Part shown: positions 27,067 through 34,654 of the stretch, piece by piece
How positions within the stretch are numbered: the first letter of the stretch is position 1
How the letters are laid out: each line of letters begins with the position of its first letter
From: an uncultured Methylomarinum sp.
GTDB taxonomy: Bacteria; Pseudomonadota; Gammaproteobacteria; Methylococcales; Methylomonadaceae
Assembly: GCA_964535875.1 (NCBI GenBank)
Contig: CAZHUE010000001.1
Coordinates: 1-34,654 of the forward strand
Reading direction: 5' to 3'
Length of the DNA: 34,654 nt
Program-made: the position numbers and the translations under genes
The notes under the pieces: generated by a model
Told to the model about the DNA's origin: nothing
Database searches by the model: none
What the model saw: the letters and a program-made list of their open reading frames with translations, nothing else

Positions 27067-29169
27067 ATGGATCTCACTAAAGTAGTCGAAACAATTAAAT
27101 CTATTTCAAGTATGGGGTTAGGTGCACCCGTTGTGATTGTCATGATCTTATCAATGATTGTGCTACCTTTGCCGCCTTTTTTATTGGATTTGTTTTTTAC
27201 CTTTAATATTGCATTTTCATTAATTATTCTACTTGTTGTAATTTACAGTCTTAAACCATTAGAGTTTGCCGTTTTTCCCTCTGTTATTTTAATTGCAACC
27301 TTGTTAAGACTGGCTTTGAATGTCGCCTCAACACGGATTATTTTGCTGGAAGGGCATGAGGGTGGAGATTCAGTAGGAAAAGTGATTGAGGCATTTGGTT
27401 CTTTTGTAATTGGTGGAAACTTTGCTGTAGGACTGGTTGTTTTTGCAATTTTGGTTGTTATCAATTTTGTGGTTGTCACAAAAGGTGCTGGGCGCGTTGC
27501 TGAAGTAGGTGCCAGATTTACCTTGGATGCTATGCCTGGAAAACAGATGGCGATTGATGCTGATTTAAATTCAGGGTTGATAGATCAGGATCAGGCGAAA
27601 GAGAGGCGAATAGAAGTCGCGGCAGAAGCAGATTTTTATGGATCAATGGATGGTGCGAGTAAGTTTGTAAGAGGTGATGCAATAGCAGGGATAATTATTT
27701 TATTTATCAATGTTATAGGTGGTTTGTCTATTGGTGTGGGACAGCATGGATTGAGCTTTTCGGAGGCAGGTGAAGTTTATGTTTTATTAACCATTGGGGA
27801 TGGATTGGTTGCACAAATCCCATCACTACTATTATCAACTGCCTCTGCAATTGTAGTAACAAGAGTTCGGGGAAGTGATGAAACAGTGGGACAGCAAGTA
27901 GGGAGTCAATTATTTGGTGACCCAAAAGCACTGATAGTGACAGCAACAATTATGGGTTTACTGGGTATTATTCCAGGCATGCCAAATCTGGTTTTTATTT
28001 TACTTTCTTTAGCTTTATTAGGTAGTGCTTATTTAATTCACCAGAGACATCAAAAAGAACAAGAGGAGATATTGGAGCAAGCAGCACAAACTCCTCAACA
28101 ACAAATTGCTTCGCAAGAGATAAAAGAATTAGGCTGGGACGATGTTATGCCTGTTGATGTTATTGGTTTGGAAGTTGGTTACCGGCTGATTCCACTGGTC
28201 GATAAAAATCAGGGTGGACAGTTAATGACACGAATTAAAGGCGTGCGTAAAAAATTGTCACAAGAACTTGGGTTTCTAGTTCCATCCGTTCATATTAGAG
28301 ATAATCTGGATTTATCGCCAACAGGCTATAGAATTTCTTTAATGGGGGTTACGGTAGGAGAGGCCGAGATTATGCCAGAAAAGGAAATGGCAATTAATCC
28401 AGGGCAAGTGTTTGGTGACTTACAAGGCGAAGCGACTCAAGATCCTGCTTTTGGACTGGATGCAGTATGGATAGAAAGTAATCAAAAAGATCAGGCTCAA
28501 ACCTTAGGCTACACCGTTGTCGATCCGGGAACGGTCGCAGCAACGCATTTAAGCCATATTTTACAAAGCAATGCGCACGAACTATTTGGATACGAAGAAG
28601 CACAGAATATATTAGATAATTTATCTAAATCAGCACCTAAACTGGTTGAAGATTTAGTCCCTAAAACCCTCGCTTTAGGTATTGTGGTTAAAGTATTACA
28701 AAATTTGCTACGAGAAGGGGTTTCTATTCGGGATATTCGGACTATTGCAGAAACTTTGGCGGAATATGGAACCAAGAGTCAAGATCCTGACATTTTAACT
28801 TCAGCTGCTCGTGCCGCATTAGGTCGATCAATAGTCTATGAAATCAACGGTGTAGAGAAAGAACTTTCTGTTATCACGCTAGATCCAGAGTTGGAACGGT
28901 TGTTGCAACAATCTTTGCAAACGGCGGGCGAAAACGGTGCCGGTATAGAGCCAGGGTTAGCAGAGCAAATGAACACCTCGTTAGAAGAAAGTGCTCAAAA
29001 AATGGAAATGGAAGGTCAGGCAGCAGTGTTGCTAGTGTCTTCTTTTATCCGGCCTTGGTTAGCTAGATTCGTCCGACATTCAATTTCTGGTTTGCATGTT
29101 TTGGCATACAATGAAATTCCTGAAGATCATCAGATTAAAGTAGTTTCAACGGTGGGGCAAAATGCATAG
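27067..29169 (+). CDS. flhA: Flagellar type III export gate protein FlhA
   Basis: 700 aa with the conserved FlhA/InvA blocks (VTKGAGRVAEVGARFTLDAMPGKQMAIDADL, FYGSMDGASKFVRGDAIAG) and a large cytoplasmic C-domain. Confidence 0.95.
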   Translation: MDLTKVVETIKSISSMGLGAPVVIVMILSMIVLPLPPFLLDLFFTFNIAFSLIILLVVIYSLKPLEFAVFPSVILIATLLRLALNVASTRIILLEGHEGGDSVGKVIEAFGSFVIGGNFAVGLVVFAILVVINFVVVTKGAGRVAEVGARFTLDAMPGKQMAIDADLNSGLIDQDQAKERRIEVAAEADFYGSMDGASKFVRGDAIAGIIILFINVIGGLSIGVGQHGLSFSEAGEVYVLLTIGDGLVAQIPSLLLSTASAIVVTRVRGSDETVGQQVGSQLFGDPKALIVTATIMGLLGIIPGMPNLVFILLSLALLGSAYLIHQRHQKEQEEILEQAAQTPQQQIASQEIKELGWDDVMPVDVIGLEVGYRLIPLVDKNQGGQLMTRIKGVRKKLSQELGFLVPSVHIRDNLDLSPTGYRISLMGVTVGEAEIMPEKEMAINPGQVFGDLQGEATQDPAFGLDAVWIESNQKDQAQTLGYTVVDPGTVAATHLSHILQSNAHELFGYEEAQNILDNLSKSAPKLVEDLVPKTLALGIVVKVLQNLLREGVSIRDIRTIAETLAEYGTKSQDPDILTSAARAALGRSIVYEINGVEKELSVITLDPELERLLQQSLQTAGENGAGIEPGLAEQMNTSLEESAQKMEMEGQAAVLLVSSFIRPWLARFVRHSISGLHVLAYNEIPEDHQIKVVSTVGQNA

Positions 29170-29184
29170 CTCAAGGGTAAATAA

Positions 29185-30597
29185 ATGAAAATAAAACGGT
29201 TTGTTGCAAAAGATATTCGTCAGGCCATGCGAATGGTTAAAGAAGAATTAGGGGCTGATGCCGTCATTATGTCAAATAAGTCAGTCGATGAGGGTGTTGA
29301 AATTGTTGCGGCTAGAGATTTTGATGAAGAGGCAGTTCAAAGCCACTTGAAAACACAGGCTATAGGTACTCCTCTTAAAACAAAGAAGAAAATCGAGTTA
29401 GCTAATTTTGATACAGAGAAAGATCAATTTCATGTTGTGACTAGCTCAAGAAAAATGGGTGAAGATGGGGTGATTCCAAAACGGCCCAGTCGTCGGAAAA
29501 TTGACCAATATGTAGGTTATGCTGAAAAGGTTGATTTACTGAGTAAAAATAATAAGCCAACGGTTACAAAACCTAAGCCTGTTGTTAAAAAAATAGCAGT
29601 ACCTGCATCTGCAGCAAAACAATTTAGTTCTGATGTAATGAAACAAGCAAAGCCAGAACCTGCTGTTTCTGAGTCATTTATGCAGGAAATGCGAAATGAA
29701 ATTAATTCCCTAAAATCAGTTTTTAATACTAAGTTGTCTGAAGTAGCATGGGCTCAGGGCGTTAAAAGTAATCCTGTACGGATTGATTTATTACATAAAC
29801 TATCCGAGATGGAAATCTCAAAAAAATTAGCCATTAAAATAGCAAATCGACTGGATAACCATAAAGACTCTACATTTGCTTTTGAAAAAGCCAAAGACAT
29901 GCTGTCCAAAGTTTTACCAATCTCGAATGATAATCTTTTAGAAGACGGTGGAATCGTTGCCTTGGTTGGGCCAACAGGTGTCGGAAAAACCACAACCATA
30001 GCAAAGTTGGCAGCTAAATATATTTTAAAGCATGGGACTGGAAATGTAGCCTTGGTCACTACTGATAATCATAGAATTGGCGCGCACGAGCAATTAAATA
30101 CTTATGCAAAGTTGTTAGATGTGCCGATGAAAGTTGCTGTAAATGCTGAAGAATTACGCATGCATATTAATAGTTTTAAAGATAAACAACTGGTTTTAAT
30201 AGATACTGCTGGCATGAGTCAGCGTGATATGCGATTAGCTGATCAAATTCAGACCTTACAGCAGCATGAAGTACCCATAAAAACTTATTTGGTGATGTCT
30301 GCCTCAACTCAGCAAAAAGCAATCAATGAGATTATTAAAGTTTTTAAAGTGTTTGAACCAGAAGCCAGTATTTTGACTAAACTGGATGAAACAGTTGCAC
30401 TAGGCTCAACCCTATCAGCAATTATAGAACATCAATTGCCTATAGCTTTTATGACAAATGGCCAGCAAGTTCCTGAGGATATTTATTATCCTGATTCAAA
30501 TGACCTGATAAATCAGAGTGCGGCAGGACTTGATGAAGAAAATGACTATACTAATGAATTAAGTTATGACCATTGGGTGTCAAAAGGTTATGCATAA
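29185..30597 (+). CDS. flhF: Flagellar placement GTPase FlhF (SRP-type)
   Basis: 470 aa. It has the B-domain N-terminus MKIKRFVAKDIRQAMRMVKEELGADAVI and the SRP-type G domain (LVGPTGVGKTTTIAKLA, DTAGMSQRD, LTKLDE). Confidence 0.93.
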   Translation: MKIKRFVAKDIRQAMRMVKEELGADAVIMSNKSVDEGVEIVAARDFDEEAVQSHLKTQAIGTPLKTKKKIELANFDTEKDQFHVVTSSRKMGEDGVIPKRPSRRKIDQYVGYAEKVDLLSKNNKPTVTKPKPVVKKIAVPASAAKQFSSDVMKQAKPEPAVSESFMQEMRNEINSLKSVFNTKLSEVAWAQGVKSNPVRIDLLHKLSEMEISKKLAIKIANRLDNHKDSTFAFEKAKDMLSKVLPISNDNLLEDGGIVALVGPTGVGKTTTIAKLAAKYILKHGTGNVALVTTDNHRIGAHEQLNTYAKLLDVPMKVAVNAEELRMHINSFKDKQLVLIDTAGMSQRDMRLADQIQTLQQHEVPIKTYLVMSASTQQKAINEIIKVFKVFEPEASILTKLDETVALGSTLSAIIEHQLPIAFMTNGQQVPEDIYYPDSNDLINQSAAGLDEENDYTNELSYDHWVSKGYA

Positions 30598-31468
30598 AGC
30601 ATCTGATCAAGCATCCGGGATACGAGAAATGATACAACATAAACCAAAACCAGTTCGAGTTATTGCGGTCACCAGTGGTAAAGGTGGTGTCGGAAAAACA
30701 AATTTAGCTGTTAACCTCGGTGTGGCCTTATCGCAATCAGGAAAGCGTGTTGCTTTACTTGATGCTGATATGAGCTTGGCAAATGTAGATATTTTATTAG
30801 GATTATCACCGGAATTTAATTTGTCGCATGTTTTGAAAGGTGAAAAAAGTTTGAAAGATATTATGCTTATCGGGCCTGAAGGGTTGCAAGTTATACCCGC
30901 ATCTTCCGGATTGCAGCATATGTCCGAACTTTCTGCCGCAGAACAAGCTGGAATTATTAGTGCATTTAGTGACATAGATCAAGATCTGGATATTTTAATT
31001 GTTGATACAGCGGCTGGAATTTCCTCAAGTGTGGTTAATTTTGCTAGAGCGAGTCAAGAAATTATTGTTGTTATCTGTGATGAACCCACGTCTCTAACGG
31101 ATGCCTATGCTTATATTAAATTACTGAACCGAGATTTTAATATAGAAAAATTTCAAATAGTGGCAAATATGGTTGAATCTTCTCAGCAAGGTCAACAATT
31201 ATTTACTAAGCTTACAAAAGTGACAGATAAATACCTTGAAGTTTCTTTAGGTTATGTAGGAGCAGTTCCCTTTGATGAATCTTTGCGGAAAGCAGTACAA
31301 AAACAAAAGCCGGTTGTCGAGGCTTTTCCTGGAAGTAAATCTTCACTTGCGATTAAAGACCTTGCTAAACGGATAGATAACTGGCCGATTAAAAAGCAAG
31401 CAGGTGGCTACTTAGAGTTTTTTATAGAAAGAATGGTTGAATACAGTACCAACGGAGATATTGGATGA
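30590..31468 (+). CDS. flhG: MinD/ParA-type flagellar number regulator FlhG (FleN)
   Basis: It carries the deviant Walker A (VTSGKGGVGKTN) and MinD-like blocks (LLDADMSLANVDILLG, IVDTAAG). I prefer the ATG at 30590 (MHKASDQ...), preceded by AAAAGG and overlapping the flhF stop as ATGCATAA. The track ORF extends upstream to 30566. Confidence 0.9.
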   Translation: MHKASDQASGIREMIQHKPKPVRVIAVTSGKGGVGKTNLAVNLGVALSQSGKRVALLDADMSLANVDILLGLSPEFNLSHVLKGEKSLKDIMLIGPEGLQVIPASSGLQHMSELSAAEQAGIISAFSDIDQDLDILIVDTAAGISSSVVNFARASQEIIVVICDEPTSLTDAYAYIKLLNRDFNIEKFQIVANMVESSQQGQQLFTKLTKVTDKYLEVSLGYVGAVPFDESLRKAVQKQKPVVEAFPGSKSSLAIKDLAKRIDNWPIKKQAGGYLEFFIERMVEYSTNGDIG

Positions 31469-32199
31469 GTGGAGCAGCAATTTATGCAACTATGCAGGCA
31501 GGAAACACCAATGATTTGGTAGTTCAACATATGCCTTTAGTTAAGCGTATTGCTTATCATTTAATGGGGAGGTTGCCCGACTCAGTACTGGTTGATGATT
31601 TAATTCAAGCAGGAATGTTAGGGCTTTTAGAAGCAGTTAAAAAATATGACGCTTCGCAAGGTGCCAGTTTTGATACCTATGCCGGGATTAGAATCAGAGG
31701 AGCAATGATTGATGAAGTCAGGCGATCTGATTGGACCCCCCGTTCTGTACATAAAAAATCCAGAATGGTGTCAGAAGCAATCAAGGAAATAGAAAATAAA
31801 ATAGGTCGGGATGCTAAAGATAGCGATATTGCAGAGCATTTAGGTATATCAATTGAAGAATACAACCAAATTCTCCAAGACTCTTTGGGATGTAAAGTAT
31901 TTAGTGTTGAAGAATTAGCTGAGTCTGGTGAGCAGACCTTTGAGCGTAAAGACAAAAGCTCAATAGAACCTTTAGAAATGCTGGGTAAAGAGAAATTTCA
32001 GCAGGCATTAGCGCAAGCTATTAAACAGTTACCTGAAAGAGAACAATTGGTTGTCTCGCTTTATTACGAAGAAGAGCTAAACTTACGTGAAATAGGTGAA
32101 GTTTTAAATGTAAGTGAATCCAGAGTGAGTCAAATTAGTAGTCAGGCTATGTTGAGATTAAGATCAAGACTTTCTGATTGGATAGAAGAAATTAATTAA
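31465..32199 (+). CDS. fliA: Flagellar sigma factor FliA (sigma-28)
   Basis: 244 aa with sigma-70-family regions 2 to 4 (DDLIQAGMLGLLEAVKKYD, FDTYAGIRIRGAMIDEVR, LNLREIGEVLNVSESRVSQI). ATGA overlap with the flhG stop. The position downstream of flhF-flhG is as in Pseudomonas and Vibrio. Confidence 0.93.
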   Translation: MSGAAIYATMQAGNTNDLVVQHMPLVKRIAYHLMGRLPDSVLVDDLIQAGMLGLLEAVKKYDASQGASFDTYAGIRIRGAMIDEVRRSDWTPRSVHKKSRMVSEAIKEIENKIGRDAKDSDIAEHLGISIEEYNQILQDSLGCKVFSVEELAESGEQTFERKDKSSIEPLEMLGKEKFQQALAQAIKQLPEREQLVVSLYYEEELNLREIGEVLNVSESRVSQISSQAMLRLRSRLSDWIEEIN

Positions 32200-32235
32200 G
32201 TATAAATAGGTTGGAGATTTCCCTTGGATAAAAAT

Positions 32236-32610
32236 ATGAAAATTCTTGTTGTTGATGATTTTTCAACAATGAGACGGATAGTAAAAAACTTACTTAGAGA
32301 TCTGGGATTTACTAACACAGTAGAAGCTGATGATGGTCAAACAGCACTACCCATTCTGGAGGCGGGTGGAATTGATTTCCTGGTAACTGATTGGAATATG
32401 CCTGGAATGACAGGGATTGATTTGTTAAAAGCGGTTAGGGCAAATCCTAAATTAGTTGATATGCCTGTATTAATGGTGACGGCAGAAGCGAAGAAAGAGC
32501 AGATTATTATGGCCGCTCAGGCAGGTGTTAATGGCTATGTTATTAAACCGTTTACCGCAGGAACGCTAAAAGAAAAAATAGAAAAAATCTTTGAACGTAT
32601 TGACGGATAG
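32236..32610 (+). CDS. cheY: Chemotaxis response regulator CheY
   Basis: [20 protein letters not shown]...[12 protein letters not shown]...[12 protein letters not shown]...[10 protein letters not shown] is canonical CheY with the D-D-D-T-K residues. I prefer the ATG at 32236 over the track's TTG at 32224. Confidence 0.95.
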   Translation: MKILVVDDFSTMRRIVKNLLRDLGFTNTVEADDGQTALPILEAGGIDFLVTDWNMPGMTGIDLLKAVRANPKLVDMPVLMVTAEAKKEQIIMAAQAGVNGYVIKPFTAGTLKEKIEKIFERIDG

Positions 32611-32621
32611 GGAAATAACAG

Positions 32622-33347
32622 ATGACAAATGATATTCGCTTGGAATTAGCAAAAAAATTGGTTGTTGCTTTAGAGTCAGACAATGAGTTAGATGTAAATA
32701 GTTTGTTAGATGAAATTGCAAGTCAAAGAGAGACTCAAATGTTTCATGAAGTTGGCAGAATAACGCGTCAATTACATGACACTATGGGGGGGATGAGTCT
32801 GGATGCAAACCTTGCTTCGATAACAGAAACGGATATTCCTGATGCAAAAGAGCGTTTGCAATATGTCATTACTATGACGGAGCAAGCCGCCAATGAGACA
32901 TTAAATGTAGTAGAAAATTTACTACCGGTCTCGGAAGAATTAAGTGAGCATGCTGAACAATTATCAGAAAAATGGGAACGTTTTTTAGATAGAGAAATGC
33001 CTTTTGAAGAGTTCAAAGGCATGACCACTGATTTGACTCAATACTTTAAAGAGTCAAAAGGGTTGTTACAGCTGGTTCAACAAGGTCTTAATGATATTTT
33101 GATGGCTCAGGGTTTTCAGGATATAACAGGACAAATAATCAAGAAAGTCATCGGTCTGGTTCAGGATGTAGAAACCAGTATGGTCGAATTGGTTCGAATT
33201 TCGGGTGCTAAAAGTAATGAATCTAAAAAGGTTAAGGATGAGGTGGTATTACCGGGACCTGTTGTGCCTGGTGTAGATGATAAGGCTGGTGATGTGGTAG
33301 CGAATCAAGATGATGTAGATGACCTTTTATCAAGTTTAGGCTTTTGA
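32622..33347 (+). CDS. cheZ: CheY-P phosphatase CheZ
   Basis: 241 aa. The catalytic-region block AQGFQDITGQIIKKV (with the catalytic Gln context) is present, as is the C-terminal CheY-binding peptide (DDVDDLLSSLGF). Confidence 0.9.
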   Translation: MTNDIRLELAKKLVVALESDNELDVNSLLDEIASQRETQMFHEVGRITRQLHDTMGGMSLDANLASITETDIPDAKERLQYVITMTEQAANETLNVVENLLPVSEELSEHAEQLSEKWERFLDREMPFEEFKGMTTDLTQYFKESKGLLQLVQQGLNDILMAQGFQDITGQIIKKVIGLVQDVETSMVELVRISGAKSNESKKVKDEVVLPGPVVPGVDDKAGDVVANQDDVDDLLSSLGF

Positions 33348-33356
33348 GGAAAAATC

Positions 33357-34654
33357 ATGGCAATTGATATGGACGATGAAATATTACAGGATTTTCTAGT
33401 TGAAGCGGGTGAAATTCTTGAATTATTAGGAGAGCAACTGGTAGAGCTTGAGCAATCACCAGAAAATTTTGACTTATTAAATGCTATTTTCCGTGGTTTT
33501 CATACCATCAAGGGGGGGGCTGGATTTTTAGCTCTGGATCCTTTGGTTACAGTTTGCCATAAGGCTGAAGATGTTTTTGATATATTAAGACAGGGCGAGC
33601 GCCAAATTTCTGCTGAATTAATGGACGTAATTCTGGAGGTTGTTGATATTGTCAATGTCATGTTTGATCAGGTTAGGGCAGGAATTGAGCCGGACGAGGC
33701 AGAAGAAGATTTATTGACAAGATTACAAGCTTATACTCGTGCGGGAGCAGAAAAAGTAGAAGAAACTGTGCCAGTTGAAGAAGTATCAGAAGTAAAAAAA
33801 GAATCAGAGCATTCAGCAGCTACAGATATTGTTGAACAAGAGTTTGGATCAATGTTTGATGATGTTTCAGAGGATTTGGAAGAGAATGAATCTACACCCT
33901 CCAGCTCTAGTAATGAAGAAATTACAGAGGCTGAATTTGATAGTGTATTAGATGATTTGCATGGAAAAGGACAGTTTTCAGCTCAAAGCCTCCAAGGAAA
34001 TACTAAAGAAAAAAAGCAAGAAACAAATTCAGAGGTAAATTCAGGTGATATATCCGAAGAAGAATTTGATCAATTATTAGACGAATTGCACGGCAAAGGT
34101 TCTTTCTCCGCAAAAAATGTTTTGGATGACCAGAAAGTAGAGCAAATTGCTTCAGGGGATATAACAGAAGAAGAATTTGATCATTTATTAGATGAACTAC
34201 ATGGAAAAGGAAAGTTTAATGGATCTGTAGCTGAGACAGAAACAAATAAACAAGAAATAATACCTGAAGCCAATGCTACGCATAGTAAGGAAGAGGTTGA
34301 ACCACAAAGTGAAAAGGTACAGGGAAGTGTGGAACCAGTACTTAAGGAAGAAGCTGAAATCCCGAAGATAAAAAATAAACCAGCAAAAGTGCCTGTAAAG
34401 GAAAAAGCAAAAGGAAAGGTAACGGCTAAAGCAGCATCTCCACAAGCAGACACAACGGTACGAGTTGATACCCATATTCTTGATGAAATTATGAATATGG
34501 TTGGAGAATTAGTTTTAGTCAGGAATAGGTTTCAGACGCTCAAAGCCTCAGAAACGGAGGCAAACGAGCCTTTAGCCAAGGCGGTTTCAAATTTGGATGT
34601 TGTGACTGCAGATTTGCAGTTAGCCGTGATGAAAACCAGAATGCAGCCAATAAA
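33357..34654 (+). CDS. cheA: Chemotaxis histidine kinase CheA, N-terminal 432 codons (3' end beyond the window)
   Basis: The ORF is open at the window end, so it is absent from the track. My translation reads MAIDMDDEILQDFLVEAGEILELLGEQLVELE...FRGFHTIKGGAGFL (the P1/HPt phospho-His motif). A long acidic linker with three repeats follows. The window ends in the start of the dimerisation domain (TVRVDTHILDEIMNMVGELVLVRNRF). Confidence 0.92.
   Translation, partial: MAIDMDDEILQDFLVEAGEILELLGEQLVELEQSPENFDLLNAIFRGFHTIKGGAGFLALDPLVTVCHKAEDVFDILRQGERQISAELMDVILEVVDIVNVMFDQVRAGIEPDEAEEDLLTRLQAYTRAGAEKVEETVPVEEVSEVKKESEHSAATDIVEQEFGSMFDDVSEDLEENESTPSSSSNEEITEAEFDSVLDDLHGKGQFSAQSLQGNTKEKKQETNSEVNSGDISEEEFDQLLDELHGKGSFSAKNVLDDQKVEQIASGDITEEEFDHLLDELHGKGKFNGSVAETETNKQEIIPEANATHSKEEVEPQSEKVQGSVEPVLKEEAEIPKIKNKPAKVPVKEKAKGKVTAKAASPQADTTVRVDTHILDEIMNMVGELVLVRNRFQTLKASETEANEPLAKAVSNLDVVTADLQLAVMKTRMQPI
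33921..34217 (+). repeat. Three in-frame copies of a 19-aa motif inside the cheA linker
   Basis: The copies are ITEAEFDSVLDDLHGKGQF (33921-33977), ISEEEFDQLLDELHGKGSF (34050-34106) and ITEEEFDHLLDELHGKGKF (34161-34217). Spacing between copies is 43 and 37 codons. Confidence 0.9.

Noticed and set aside
29754-30975. Minus-strand ORFs 29754-30059 (101 aa) and 30607-30975 (122 aa) inside flhF and flhG
   Set aside because: They are antisense to well-supported GTPase and ATPase genes, with no recognisable motifs.
34181-34475. Two overlapping minus-strand ORFs (90 and 92 aa) near the window end
   Set aside because: They are antisense to the cheA linker (GAA/AAA-rich sense strand). The products are Phe/Ser/Cys-rich nonsense.

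Overview
AT-rich chromosomal segment that looks gammaproteobacterial; gene content and order resemble polar-flagellate lineages such as Pseudomonas, Vibrio and Legionella. No species call is possible by eye. The window has three parts. (1) 1-7.8 kb, all minus strand: ubiD (5' part, open at the window edge), prlC, two tandem paralogous cNMP-binding-like/HDOD proteins, a ~0.9 kb decayed intergenic region, and a DUF3095-type protein. (2) 8-21 kb, mostly housekeeping: a four-gene Mla/MCE-like operon whose ATPase subunit has lost every catalytic motif, then pip, a three-gene DUF2288/retropepsin-like protease/anchored-protein operon, a TPR-like hypothetical, an ~830 bp gene-free gap with a possible MITE, a DUF1415 gene, adk, asd and fimV/hubP. 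(3) 21.4-34.65 kb: a compact, often overlapping polar-flagellar and chemotaxis block, fliLMNOPQR-flhBAFG-fliA-cheYZ-cheA, with cheA open at the 3' edge. I saw no rRNA, tRNA, CRISPR array, intact transposase or recognisable defence system. The window is mostly core genome. The most unusual items are the catalytically dead NBD inside the MCE operon, the DUF3095 plus double CAP_ED/HDOD neighbourhood, and the small structured or relic elements in the three long intergenic regions. All calls come from reading the translations and sequence by eye. No searches or statistics were run.
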